DNA of 62,821 bases, filler included, from Choristocarpus tenellus KU-1152 (GCA_964200185.2; 12 parts of 12 records of this genome joined end to end with filler, not necessarily neighbours in it), one strand, 5' to 3'. Numbered from the whole stretch's first letter, positions 13,501 through 25,899 are shown. A program made the numbers and translations. The notes: generated by a model from the sequence alone, not told the origin.

Positions 13501-14235
13501 GAGCAAACACAATGATCTTCGTAAATCTGCCAGGAGCATCATTCTGTTCGGGCCTCGCCGCCGTTTGCAGAAGCGGCAAAGGAGGCGAATCTACCATCAT
13601 CATCATCATCGCGAAGCGATTTAGACATATGGAGTACACACTTTTGCTATCAATGTCAGACCGGGCCTGGGGCCGCAGAGTAGGTGACATGGCGTTGAAA
13701 TAACAGTTATTGTGTCTTCCTTCGTAAAAGCGACAAAGAGTATCATCATCAACATTGTAGTCTCGACATAGCAAACGAAAAAAATAGCCCTTGGTACGAA
13801 TCTTCATATGTTCTTTTAACCATAACATCAGACCGGTTAAAGTAATAAACATCTACCACTCGAAATACTACTTCGATCCACCTCTTCTACCTACTGCTGG
13901 GTCACACGGTTTGCAACTAACTCCAACACAGGGTGCGGCCAACCTCTCCACAACCAAGGGCAAAACCTACCTCTTTGTTTGCGGTGTAGATCACAATTGT
14001 TGACTTGTGAGGCATGAACTGCCCGTATGTATCAGCCCAGTAGTCTATCCAGGACATCACCAGGTCTCGCTTTGGAGTCATGTCCTTATCTTTGTTCGTG
14101 CCGTTCCTGTTGTAGTAGGGCACGTATGTATATAAATGGATGGGAGATGTGTTGGAGGTGGATACAAGGGACGGGGGATGGAATCCTAGAGGGATCGTAT
14201 GCCAGCAGCGGATCTCTAATTCAGTAGATATTTAC
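10571..14235 (-). mobile_element. Intron-containing Sola-like (Sola1-related) DDD transposase gene, partly degenerate
   Basis: GT-AG bounded exons: ~14123-13971 (SWIDYWADTYGQFMPH), 13343-13077 (FMKCDIC), ~12600-12455 (MSVDAANQ...LP), 12234-12147, 11730-11614 (GCNLVCTA), 11361-11216 (VDNCFSENKN...FMMVGHTHIKIDQIFS), 10861-10571. Some junctions are out of frame. Confidence 0.75.
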
Positions 14236-14460
14236 NNNNNNNNNNNNNNNNNNNNNNNNNNNNNNNNNNNNNNNNNNNNTTAATTAATTAANNNNNNNNN
14301 NNNNNNNNNNNNNNNNNNNNNNNNNNNNNNNNNNNATGAGGAAAGGAGCAGCCTCTTCAGTTTTCTCGATTCCTATACACCGCCGCCATACTCTCAAGTA
14401 TATGGGGGGTGCATGACAGTGCAGCTATATTTGATCCACGGTGGCGTTTTCGATACTGAA

Positions 14461-14642
14461 GACGCAAAGTACCTGGGGAAGGGTGGGGGGTCTACACCAG
14501 GGTGTCCAATTGGCCCAAGATCAGGAAAAGTGCATTTACATCATCCATCCGAAGCATGCAACCACATCACCCGAAAATCGCGACATAAAAAAAATGACCC
14601 CAAATGGACAGCTGCCACCCCCCCCCCCAGATACTTTGAACC
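14461..14642. mobile_element. MITE family C (~180 bp)
   Basis: Termini GACGCAAAGTACCTGGGG...CCCCAGATACTTTGAACC; TSD TGAA/TGAA; homologous to 28712-28890. Confidence 0.75.
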
Positions 14643-14746
14643 TGAACTGTATAATATCCTTGTAGAGTGCAATCGAATATGTAGGGCAGGGCATCGGAGG
14701 GAGATTGGCTTTGAAGGTTGATTTGATTTGAACTGTGAGTCAATGG

Positions 14747-14949
14747 TCCAATATTGAAGTAATTTTGACTATCGTGTTTGCTTGGAAATGTCAATTATAC
14801 TTGTTCCAGACACATCATTTCATCATGTATACATTTTACCTACTCCGAAACATATCGGAATCGGAAAATGTCATAAAACACCTATGGGAAGCCAAGCCCC
14901 AAACGGACAAATAGGGCAAAATTCTTACCCTCTTACAGTACTTTCACTT
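14747..14949 (+). mobile_element. MITE family A, 5'-truncated copy
   Basis: Colinear with 15969-16227 from tccaat onward to ...tactttcact. Confidence 0.7.
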
Positions 14950-15968
14950 TCATCTGGTCCAGCCATCCAACGTCTTGCAAATGCTTTTCTTGGGAAGTTG
15001 TACTATACATCCAAATGAGTACATTACAATGAGTGCAATTTACCAAAGTTACAGTACTGTATACGTACGACTGGCAAACTGGGCAGGGGTGGTGTAAATG
15101 TGGTGCTTGCTGCACCGCCACAGCTTGATTGAAATGGGCTCGCCAAGGGCAGCGTTCAATACATATCTACATGAAACTACTCTTGAAGGCACATGGGAAG
15201 CACATACAACAAGGGCGTCGCTCTGTCGTCGTTCGGGAACAAGTATAAAGTCCCTACGACGAGTGTTGCTCGATATAACATAGGTTTCTCTTATCACGAT
15301 CCCTTGGTTTAAGAGAAAAGCACTCTTACATACAATAAGAGAGGATCTTGATATAAGATAGGGTTTTTTCGCTTGCCTCTACCCTCTCTTATATAGGTAC
15401 ACCCTGTACTACCACAGTTGATAACTTTCCCTGAATTTCTTAAAACAATGTTAGAACTAGAATTGTCTTCTTTCTGTCAATCTTGTATATTTGTTTCGGT
15501 TCTTGTGAACGGCTGCGAACAACACATGTCCCCCCCACAACAATACCGTCTTACGCTCACATCCTCACCGTCGCCCCTATCAACCTTCCCCAATAATAAC
15601 AAATATTGTCGTGTGGCACTGTAGGACGCACAACCAGATCCCCGCGTCGTCCCCCTTCAGGCTGTACTAATCTCTAACTTCACAGACCTTCACCACAATG
15701 ACCTAGACGACACGTTCACCACCCTGCCTGGTCAATACCAGAGATTCACTTCGGAATCCAACCAGTAATCCCTCGGTGTGATACTTGCACACTTCTCAAG
15801 GAAACTCAGACTTGGAGACAAACCCGATGCCAAATTCGGCTGAGGCACCGGCTTTATCCTATGCGAGTGGGGGTGCCATCGTACAGGGGGAGGTCTGCGA
15901 CGTTCACATAGGCGATTCAGGGGCATATATATCTACTCTGTGTGTTACCTACGAGATGATGGTGAGAA

Positions 15969-16227
15969 GAAACTAGGTATCTTAGAGGGTAGAGCCGCGT
16001 CTATTTGGGGGTCAAAATCCAATGTGATGATTTTGATGTAATTCTGGCTAATGTGTTTGTTAGGAAGTGTCAATATCCTTGTTCCAAGGACACACCTTTT
16101 CATAATGTGTACATTTTCCCTACTCCGAAAGATTTTGGAGAAAGAAATTGTCATTAAAAACCCATGGGAAGCCAAGCCCCAACGGACAAACAGGGCAAAA
16201 CTCGTACCCTCTAAGATACTTTCACTC
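15969..16227 (+). mobile_element. MITE family A (~260 bp)
   Basis: TIR ...GTATCTTAGAGGGTA / TACCCTCTAAGATACTTTCACTC; TSD AGAA/AGAA. Confidence 0.9.
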
Positions 16228-16460
16228 AGAACTCTTTGCCCCAAGGGCTGAATTTGCAGCCCAACGTGTCACCCAACACGGCCAGCGGCTGGTTCCACAG
16301 GAGAAAGGGTAGGGACTGTTAAAGGAGATATGTCTTGATGGCGGTTTCATGAACACCACTATGACATTGAAGTTCTAGATTTGATATATTTGTACTTTTT
16401 GATTATTTGGTCATTATGGTCCCCGATTGTGATAAGACATCGTTGATCAGTTCCTTTTTA

Positions 16461-16594
16461 TACGATGATATTGATGACAATCCAAGGGAGAGATCCAGCA
16501 TACCTGACGACTTGTGCATCAGGAGTCCTCTACGTACATCAGTATCATCTATAGGCCCGTAGATTGGAGCTATACATCCTGTGGAGTTAAGCTT
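16461..16594. repeat. Dispersed repeat shared (inverted) with 25285-25454
   Basis: tccagcatac.tgacgacttgt.catcaggagtcctctacgt.catcagtatcatctataggcc... is the reverse complement of 25285-25454, where a 20-bp unit is triplicated. Confidence 0.8.
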
Positions 16595-17046
16595 TCGGGG
16601 GCGCCTGTAACAGGACGATGAGAAGGATACCGGGGCGTACATCTTCTTTGAACCGTCACTGAAGGTTCTACAAGATTTGGACGAGGAAAGAACATTTTAT
16701 GATCGAGCTGAGGGCAGGGGACTGTACATCTGAATTAGACCGTCAGTGAATGCGAGGGACCGTGACCAAATACCAGCCCCGCAACACGGTGAGAGTTGGA
16801 GAAGAGCGAGTCAGCTACCCCTATGAGGTGAAATGGGAGAATGGCGAGGTGCGAAATATTCAGCTTGCCGTAGAATGGTGCAATACAGAACAGGACGCTC
16901 CTGCACAAGCCTGGTTCTGGACAAGTCCCACATTGCTGGAATACAGCAGAGGAGAGACCCGGCGCGGATGAGCTACAGTGTGTATTCGTATTCGCGAGTC
17001 ACCTTCTTCTTCATCAATCCGGTAGATGCTTCCATGCTCGTATTGT

Positions 17047-17306
17047 GAGTGAAAGTATCTTAGAGGGTACGAATTTTACCCTGTTTATCCATTTGGGACT
17101 TGGCTTCCCATGTTTTTTGAAATGACATTTACCTACTCCAAAATGTTAAAGGAGTAGGTAGAATGTATAGGTTATGAAAAGGTGTGTCCGGAACAAGGAT
17201 ATTGACACTTCCTAACAAACAAGATAGCCAAAATTACATCATAATCACAACATTGGATTTTGGCCCCCAAATGGACGCGGCTCTAGCCTCTAAGATACTT
17301 TGGCTC
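17047..17306 (-). mobile_element. MITE family A
   Basis: GAGTGAAAGTATCTTAGAGGGTA...TAAGATACTTTGGCTC; TSD TTGT/TTGT. Confidence 0.92.
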
Positions 17307-18840
17307 TTGTCCTAGGGAGGTCGGGCTTAGTTGATACGGGAGGGCATTTTGAGATATATATATATATTATAGTCAGTTCAAATATTTATTCTATTGTTCA
17401 CGTACATGTGCGCTGTTACACCTTCATTATTGGGCTGATCAGTGCCCATTTTTTTCAGATTTAATTATTCAGCGATTGTTTTCTTATACGTACTGGTGGT
17501 ATCTGCCTTGGTATGTCCATAAATGATAGAACTTAGACATCGGATTTTGGATTCTCGTGTTTGTCTCTCTGTGCGGGTGTTATTGTAGTAGCTGTTATTT
17601 AATCCTTTTTTTGAAACATTACACAATGCGATGATTAGGTTATGTCCTGTTCTAGCGTGGTCCATGGCATGCAGCACCCCTTCGATCCCATACTGACAAA
17701 CTATACACCTAACCCTCTCCCACATAACGTACTCCAGAATGTGTATGTGACATGGCGCTAACACTAAGTGACATGATGTATACCCCAATAACAGCCCTAA
17801 CCTCACTGCAAACAATTTGTCCCCGACTAAGTCCTCCTAATATATGCAACTCGCAAGCCTTCCCCCTCACCTCATTGCATTGCTTAGGCACTAAGTCCAT
17901 TGACAGACAGAGAGCTAACAGACACTGATGAAATAACCTCCCGTACATAGTATCGTGGTCCAAAGCTCAAGGTGATTAAATGTACAATAGGTAACCCCTA
18001 TTCCACACCTTGTCCAAACAGCAACAACTGCCTAACAAAAAAGAATCACGTAAGGGCCGACTTTCTTGACATCGTCACAAGATCCTAACGGATCAAAGCG
18101 CCAAGCACATATCCTAAATGCAGAATATATCATACCCCATAGTAAAGGACCAACCCTCCACGACACAAGACAATCAAATGCACCATTTTGGCAGCACCTT
18201 GTCGGGACCCAAATGGACACCCCAGTGCAGACTCCCCACCCTCCCCAGATACTTTGCCCCCTAGGTAAATGAGAGGTACCCAGGGCTGCCTTTTAAGGAT
18301 GACAAATTATGTGCAAAAGGCGTACAGAATACTTCTGAATTGTGTCGAAAATTAAAAGCAGTAGAGAAATCAATGATCTCAAGTCAAACTTAGAGCACTC
18401 ATCCATAGAAATATGAGCGAATAGCTAAGATTGAAAAGTGGCTTAAAATGAAAAATGGCCAAAAGCTGGGTATCCCTCCTTTACCTCGACTCTTATTTGA
18501 TACTACTTTTATCGTTGATGTTTACATAGTCTGAGGGGTCCCAGACTCGTGAACGAAAGGAAGTAGTCAAGAGAAGGCACCATCAGTAATGACATTGGTA
18601 TCATTATCTCCATCAGTTGGTGGGTTCATAATGCATGGTGTGTAGTATGTTTTTTAAAGCACAGTCAAGTACTTTGTGACAAAATCAAAGGTGTATCACT
18701 TAATCTTAAGATCCAAATGCTCAATGCTGATGGGAAGTGCTCTTGGAGTCCTTTGTGTGATGTGGACACTTCACCGTGGCCACTGTGTGAAGTTTCTAGT
18801 GTTTCAATCATAGTGGAGTTTGCATCACTACACACCTTTT

Positions 18841-19159
18841 GAGGCAAAATATCTAAGAGGGTAGAGCCGCGTCCATTTAGGGCCAAAATCCAATGTTGCG
18901 ATTTTGATGTAATTATGGCTATCGTGTTTGTTAGGGAGTGTCAGTATTCTTATTCCGGACGCACCTTTTCATAACGTCCATATTTTACCTACAGCAACAC
19001 ATTTTGGAGTAGGGAAATGTCATAAAAAAAAACATGGGAAGCCAAGCCTCAAATAATGGACAAACAGGGCAAAACTCGTACCCTCGAAGAACTGAGTGAA
19101 AGTATCTAAGAGGGTACGAGTTTTGCCCTGTTTGTCCATTTGGGGCTTGGCTTCCCTTG
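18841..19159. mobile_element. Two abutting MITE-A copies (18841-~19093 plus strand; 19094-19159 minus strand, partial)
   Basis: The first copy lacks its last bases where a second, inverted copy begins (GAGTGAAAGTATCT); the second is cut by the linker. Confidence 0.8.
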
Positions 19160-19280
19160 NNNNNNNNNNNNNNNNNNNNNNNNNNNNNNNNNNNNNNNNN
19201 NNNTTAATTAATTAANNNNNNNNNNNNNNNNNNNNNNNNNNNNNNNNNNNNNNNNNNNNGGGGAGGTTGCGAGGGTGTGT

Positions 19281-19538
19281 GAGTCAGAGCACCTTAGAGG
19301 GTAGAGTCACGTTCGTTCGGGGGCCACAATCCAATGTTGCGATTTTGATGAAATTTTGGCTACTGTGTTTGTTAGGAAGTGTCAATATCCTTGTTCCGGA
19401 CACACCTTTTCGTAACGTATACATTTTAGGTACTCTGAAATATTTCGGATTAGGTAAAGTGTCATATAATACAATGGGAAGCCAAGCCCCAAACAGACAA
19501 ACTGGGCAAAACTCGTACCCTCTAAGATACTTTCACTC
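19281..19538 (+). mobile_element. MITE family A
   Basis: GAGTCAGAGCACCTTAGAGGGTA...TACCCTCTAAGATACTTTCACTC; flanks TGT/TGT. Confidence 0.9.
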
Positions 19539-20864
19539 TGTGATGAACATTTTGTGTTGGCTGAGTTTGGGATGCAAGTTATCCTATTGGTCTTGGTGCA
19601 ACGCACATGCTATTCCATTGGCCCAAGCATGGCACTCAAACTACCCAATTTGTCTAAGTGCCTCACACGGTCTGTTCTATCAATCTGAATGTGGTATACG
19701 GGCCGTTCTAATGGTTCGAGCACGACACACAAGCTGTTCAACTGGTCTAAGTTTAACACAAGAAACATGTTATTGATCAAAGCGCAAGGCACAACTTATT
19801 CCATTAATCAGAGGAATGTATGTGCATAAGTGATCGTGTCGAGGTGATCTCAATGATGTGTGAGATGTCACAGGGATGGTTCAAACCGAAGAATGATAAT
19901 ATGCTTGCAATTTTTTTTCCCATCCAGCTGAAGAGGCTGTACCAGAAATTGTGCTGGTACGCAAACACGCAGTCCACTGCAGGCACTTCACTTTGCAACC
20001 AAGATTTACCATATATGGCCTTGTTACTTACTAATGTATTGGAATACAAATTAAAAATAATATGCATTGCTTTAAACTGCACTGGATTTGTGGCTTGTTC
20101 CTAGGCACAATGATTTTGTGCTAGAAATACCCCCCCCAAAAATTTCGATTTTTCTACTTTTTTTCAGGAAGGGGATAGATATGGACCTTGCATGTTGGAA
20201 ATATAGTATTTTTTTTACTTTACAACTGCTTGTCATTCAGGAAGGGCTCAATACCTTCTAACAGCAGTGAAGTAACAAATTCAGTTACTACTTTGCAAGA
20301 AATTGAGCATTAGAAGGAACAAAGTGTGGTTATCGTGTACACTGGAGCAGTATATAGTCCAAATAGGCATGGCTGCAGGAACGATAATGCCGCATGAGCC
20401 CAAAAAGCAGTTGACAGGTTGAGCACCCAACATAATTTCCAATGTATGCACGTCTGTACATAAGTACATATATGGAGCAAGTACCAACCAATCGCGCAAG
20501 CATGACGGATCTATCCTTCCAGCACCAGATTGATCCCACCGAGCTCAGCTCGCCCCTTGACAAGTGGATCGGTCACTTCTTGCAGTGACACGGGGAAACA
20601 GAATAGACCCATGGCACAGGGGTTGCATTGACTGTATCCCGAAACTTTCTGACTAAACCACAACTCATCACTCCTAGCCAGAAAGCCCACCACCCTGATC
20701 TTTCTGGCTCTGTGCTTTCAAGTGTGTCAAAAAAAGTCCATTCAACCCTACCGTACGCACCGACCACAATGAGATCATGGCACCTTTTGTGTCATGCTGC
20801 CTTTAGTGGAAAGGGTAGCACCATGTAGCCCCCACAGGAATCGTAGGTTGCTCCACCTGTGTAT

Positions 20865-21131
20865 GAGTGAAAGTATGTTAGGGTTAGGGTACGAGTTTTG
20901 CCCTGTTTGTCCGTTTGGGGCTTGGCTTCCCTAGGGGTTTTTGATGACATTTTCCTACTCCAAAATGGTTCGGAGTAGGTAAAATGTATACGTTGTGAAA
21001 ATATGTGTCCGGAGCAAGGATATTGACACTTCCTAACAAACAAACACGATAGCCAAAATTGCATCGAAATGGCAACATTGGATTTTGGCCCCCAAATGGA
21101 CGTGGCTCTACCCTCTAAGATACTTTGGCTC
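20865..21131 (-). mobile_element. MITE family A (TIR carries TTAGGGTTAGGG)
   Basis: Full family alignment; flanks TAT/TAT. Confidence 0.9.
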
Positions 21132-21239
21132 TATGCCCCGCCTTTCTCTATATTTGCATCGCCCAGGCAAAAGGCCTGCCTCAACATGGACCGCCACTAC
21201 GCTTCATCAGAGCCTGGTGGGATACCCGCCTCCCTGGCT

Positions 21240-21420
21240 CGAAAACACCCCACCTCTACTTTCCTGTCTGATTTTCTCGCTGATGGTACTCCGGTGACAC
21301 CCGCGGGAGCGATCAAGGTGTTTGGTAGACCGGTTCAAGAAGACACAGATGAGACCAAGGACCTACTGCAGTGGAAACATAGTGAGAAGAAGAGCTGGGA
21401 CGGGGGAAATGTTGATCTTT
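21240..21420 (+). mobile_element. Possible 3' end of an LTR retrotransposon pol followed by a polypurine tract and LTR start
   Basis: Peptide ...TKDLLQWKHSEKKSW, then GGGACGGGGGAAA immediately before TGTTG at 21410. Confidence 0.3.
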
Positions 21421-22709
21421 TTTGTGTTTTTTTTAATGGGAGTGGTGTGTGGGGATGCTCTTTTATGATTGCCTGCATGTGTGTGTGTGTATGTATGCTT
21501 TCGTTCTGATGCTCCTATACAGTTTTTCTTGTTGTTATTTATATTCTGTGGTAGTTGATGATGGAGTTCGAAAAGGTATGGTAGGCGATCTCCACTGGTT
21601 GGTTTTGCAGAGATATTTGCTTGCGTGTGAGAGTTTTGTGTTGGCATTTGAGGGTTAGGGTAATTGTGTTTGATATGCCTTTGAGTTTACTACGTAGGTA
21701 CTCTACTGTTTACGCTTTGGGTTGTGCGGTTCTTTGTTGAGGTGGGCTATTCATTTTGGGGAGGGTACGGCCATCAGCTTTGAGAGAGACTTATCCTATG
21801 GATTGAACTCTGAGATGGTTGCAACAGACAAGAGTCTGAGCTTCGAAACCAGTTGGGGGTCGGACTAGTAGAGTGATGTTTATTGCTGTGGGATGATTAA
21901 GTTGAAGTCCTTTCTCCAATTATTGGGATCTACTCTGCATTTCAGTTTCAACTACTGAGAGTCACCTTCTGGCCTCTCAGGCTTCCTACGTTGAATCTGA
22001 CTCCTCAAGAGAGCCAAAATGAACGAGGGGTAGGTGGTACCCAGGTTTCGACCGTTATTTTTTTTTCATTTAATATCTTGTTTTTTTTCTTTTGCAACTC
22101 ACCCTTGTTTGTTTCTACAGATGAGGTTCTATTTTTTTTTCTTCTTGAAAGCTTTATATTTCTCTGTCGTTTGAAAAAAAATATTCCGACACGATAAAGA
22201 AATGATTCTACACACACTTTTGATAGGTGTTCCGATCTTTGCTCGTGTTTATCAGCACCCTTAGAGTACAACAACTCTGGGAACCCTATCGTTTACCTCG
22301 ACTCGAGAAAGACAACCAAAGAGTTAAAAAGTTAACGATCCATCCCTGGAGAGGAGAATTGGTGCTACAGAGCTGTTTGGTTTTTTCCTCCTCTCGGTGC
22401 AGTCGGAGACAAGCAATAGCAGTTACCTCTCCTGAGATTTTCGAGGGCGCTGCCCCTGAGAGGGATGGATGTCACAGATATGTGAAGGATACGCGGCTGG
22501 ATCAATACCGCTGTTGGAAAAATTACCCTCCAATATGGGCTGTGTTCACCCTCCATAAGAATCGATATCATCCTGATGAGACCCAAAGTATTTGGGGGGG
22601 GGGGGGGGGNNNNNNNNNNNNNNNNNNNNNNNNNNNNNNNNNNNNNNNNNNNNTTAATTAATTAANNNNNNNNNNNNNNNNNNNNNNNNNNNNNNNNNNN
22701 NNNNNNNNN

Positions 22710-25262
22710 CCCTAGGGATCTGCTGACTGTGAGCTTGAATTCCAGAGGGGGGATTGGGCATGCTGGTTCCCGAGGTTGAGTCGAGGCCCATGCGTTTGCC
22801 CCTTGTCCACACTGGCTCCGGTGGCGCGCTAGGGCCAATGAGGAGTTTTCCCTCCCTTGGTGTGCCTCATTTGGAAGGCCGCCCAGTTGTGTCCTGAAGG
22901 AGTCAAAACGAATGTTGTTGAGGAGGTGTTTGATCTCGTGTTGGGCCCTCCTTGTGATCCTGGCGTCATGAGCTGCTAGGATATGTACCTCTGGGGAAGG
23001 TGCAGGGGATGTTGTTCCCTCCCAGGTTACCCAGTCTTGGCCAAATGATTTCGGCAAGGTCTTCTGAGTGGATCCTTGTAGAAAGGAGAGTGTGGATGGA
23101 CAATCCTACAGCCTGTACTGTTGGGTTCGTGCAAACAGCTTGTGAGAAGGACTCGCCATGAGACCCTTGCTGCCTTGCTAGGAGGGTGGGGAGAGTAGCC
23201 ACCAGTGATCCTACAAAAGCCGTGTGTTGGCGGTGTTTCATAGAGGAGAGGCTCAGACGAGTGAATGTATCTTAGAGGTTACGAGTTTTTTCCTGTTTGT
23301 CCGTTTGGGGCTTGACTTACCTTCTTTTTTATAAAAAGACATTTTCCTACTCCAAAATGTTTCAAAGTAGGTAAATTGATACGTTATGAAAAGGTGTGTG
23401 CGGAACAAGGATATTGATACTCCCTAACAAATACGATACATCAAAATCGCAACATTAGATTTTGGCCCCCAAATTGGCGAGGTTCTACCCTCTAAGATAC
23501 CTTGACTCAGAACCCCCGCACTTGTGGGCATCTGTGCCTGTACTTGTTGGTGAATCTCTAGGCGAAGAGACACATTGTTACACCCTACCTCAAAGAAATC
23601 CGTCGCCTCTGTCAAGTCAGCTACCTCCATTATCCTCTCTAGTGTCCATAATGAGGTGTTACCTGCTTGCTCTACGATGGAGCGTGCCAGGAGGGGGGGA
23701 GTGACCCTTACCAGACAGCCTAGCCGGGAGGAGAGGGACCAGGAGTTGAGGAGCCAGGCCACCTGCTTGTCCTCCTTTTCGCCGAGGTGTGTGGCCAACA
23801 CTCGTGTCTCAGAGCTCTCTATCACCTCCGCCATGTGAGCTCGAATAAAACCATCTGTTCCCACCGGAGCCCCTAGAGTGACAAAACCATTGAGGTTCGG
23901 GCTAGGTTGATTCCTGCTGTAGAGAGAAGCTGCAGTTCCGAGGGCATGGGTTGGTGGCCCTGGGGAGGAGCGGCATAGGTCTTGTCCATATTTAGGCCAA
24001 TGCCTACCTCATTGAGGTTAGTTTTTAACTGCTCGAAAGCAGCTATGGTGATAGGGCTTATCTCTCTACCTGATATGGATGTGCCGTCCAGGTAGCTTCG
24101 GGAGGATATACCTTGGGGTCCAAAGACTGATTGGACCTGTTGCAAGGCCTTGTGTGTTGCCATGCAACATAAGAGGGGGCCCAGTGGGTCTTCCTGTTGG
24201 GCCCCAGATCTTGATGGGAGGATCCTCTTCCCTCCCTCATCCAGGGAGAAAAGAAGATTTCTGGTGTTCTCATATACCATAGAGACATAAGGTAGGAGTC
24301 CTGGTAGGGTCTCTGGGAGGGCCTGGATGAAAGCTGAGCGATGTACGCTGTTGAAAGCATTCCTTCCGTCGAAACTGATGGTCTATTCTCCGCACTAATT
24401 CCTTAGGCGGATATCCACGAGTGCATGTTCTATGCCATTTGGGACCCCGGCGCCAAATTGTCCTACTCCACCGAAAAACTCCTCCGGGTAGGGGCGTCAC
24501 TCTGTGCAGAAAGCTGAAGCACATGCCCTCCTGAAAAAAGACCCGCAGGCGACCGCGCTACACTTCTCACCAATTGCGGACAGTCTGGAGTTGGTGTGGA
24601 GTGTCCAGAACTCTAGGGGTATGTTCGGGGAGGTGTAGGCTAGCTCCTTCCACTTCTTAGAGATCAAAATTTGTCGTGATGGCTGATCTGATGTGGCTAG
24701 GGCGCATCCCGTCAGGGCCTGGTGCCGAGTTGCTGTTAGCCCTCATGAAGGCTTTTTGAAGGGGGGTAGGGGTGTACTCCCCTTCAGGGGGGCAGTACCT
24801 TTGTTCCCCAAATCTTGCTTTCCCTTTTACCCTGTCTTTTGCGTCCGTGATGACCTGCCTAAGCTCGTCTTGGTTCTCACTCGGGTGTTTAGGGACCAGT
24901 ACATTGAAAATCTCCTCGGTCCCTGGGGCTCTGGGTTGTGCTAGGAGCACGCTCGCCCCCTTGAAAATTCCTCCGTGGTGGTGACCCAGAGCTGCAGCGC
25001 GTTCCTGGTGGGATTTGGGGGGCTCTCCAGGGGCCTCCCTACGTCTGTTCGTCCTCCGGGATCGTTCTAGTAGCGGTGCTACTAGCTCTTGGAAGTTCCC
25101 TGAAGCCACCCGGGCAGACTTTTCCTCCCTCGAGAACGTTCCATCATTTGCCAGTAAGAGGCCAGAGATCATATTGAAGAGTTTGGATGCTCTGATGGTC
25201 CCTATGGTTGGTGTCCCCATCTCCAGCCTTGGGGAAGTTACCTCATGTATCAGGAGATCCAC
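22710..25262 (-). mobile_element. CRE-like non-LTR retrotransposon reverse transcriptase, degenerate
   Basis: Motifs SAPGPDGMRPSHIR (24657-25262 ORF), RSGAQQEDPLGPLL, SYLDG (YLDD), GIGLNMDKT (23873-24280 ORF), MPTSAG|GLSL; frameshifts; interrupted by MITE-A. Confidence 0.85.
23259..23508 (-). mobile_element. MITE family A nested in the LINE RT
   Basis: GAGTGAATGTATC...GATACCTTGACTC; flanks AGAC/AGAA; splits the LP...GGL-like motif. Confidence 0.88.
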
Positions 25263-25554
25263 TGTGTGTTACAGCATGCTGCAGAAGCTTACCTCCACAG
25301 GATGTATCGCTCCAATCTACAGGCCTATAGATGATACTGATGCACGTAGAGGACTCCTGATGCACGTAGAGGACTCCTGATGCACGTAGAGGACTCCTGA
25401 TGTACAAGTCGTCAAGTATGCTGGATCTCTCACTTGGATTATCATGAATATCGTNNNNNNNNNNNNNNNNNNNNNNNNNNNNNNNNNNNNNNNNNNNNTT
25501 AATTAATTAANNNNNNNNNNNNNNNNNNNNNNNNNNNNNNNNNNNNNNNNNNNN

Positions 25555-25618
25555 AGAAGCCAAGCCCCACAAATGGACAAACAGGGAAAAAATCGTACCC
25601 TCTAAGATAGTTTCACTC
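25555..25618 (+). mobile_element. MITE family A 3' end at a contig start
   Basis: gaagccaagcccc...taccctctaagatagtttcactc. Confidence 0.8.
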
Positions 25619-25899
25619 ATATGTTCTTGAAACAGGGGAAATATGACCAAATACAAATTTTGCTGGTAGCTTGACCCCTTTTTGTGAAAGATTGGCAATT
25701 TTGACTAGACATCCTCCATCTTCTTCCCAAACATAGGGGGTTCGACTGACCATGTATGTGTTGTCAGTGGGGATGTATGTCGTCCTCATTCTGGAGGTCT
25801 GTGCCAGTGTAAATGATAGGTCCCACCTCTGCATCGGTAGCTGTTCCTCGAAGTGCCTGAGAACAAACTGGAAAAATCGTTTCTGTGCCAGGGGGAAGG

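Noticed and set aside
19267-19776. Recurring ORFs with LLGSVNILV / GSQAPNGQ peptides (also 16051, 21069, 51669)
   Set aside because: Chance translations of the non-coding MITE-A; frames are not conserved between copies.
19540-20860. Possible KDZ/CxC or other transposase remnants (also 15040-15330, 29000-29400, 50000-50900)
   Set aside because: Only vague Cys/His patterns in broken frames; not supportable without a profile search.
25338-25402. Triple 20-bp repeat TGATGCACGTAGAGGACTCC as operator or array
   Set aside because: No spacers; the homologous copy at ~16520 has one unit, so this is simple slippage.
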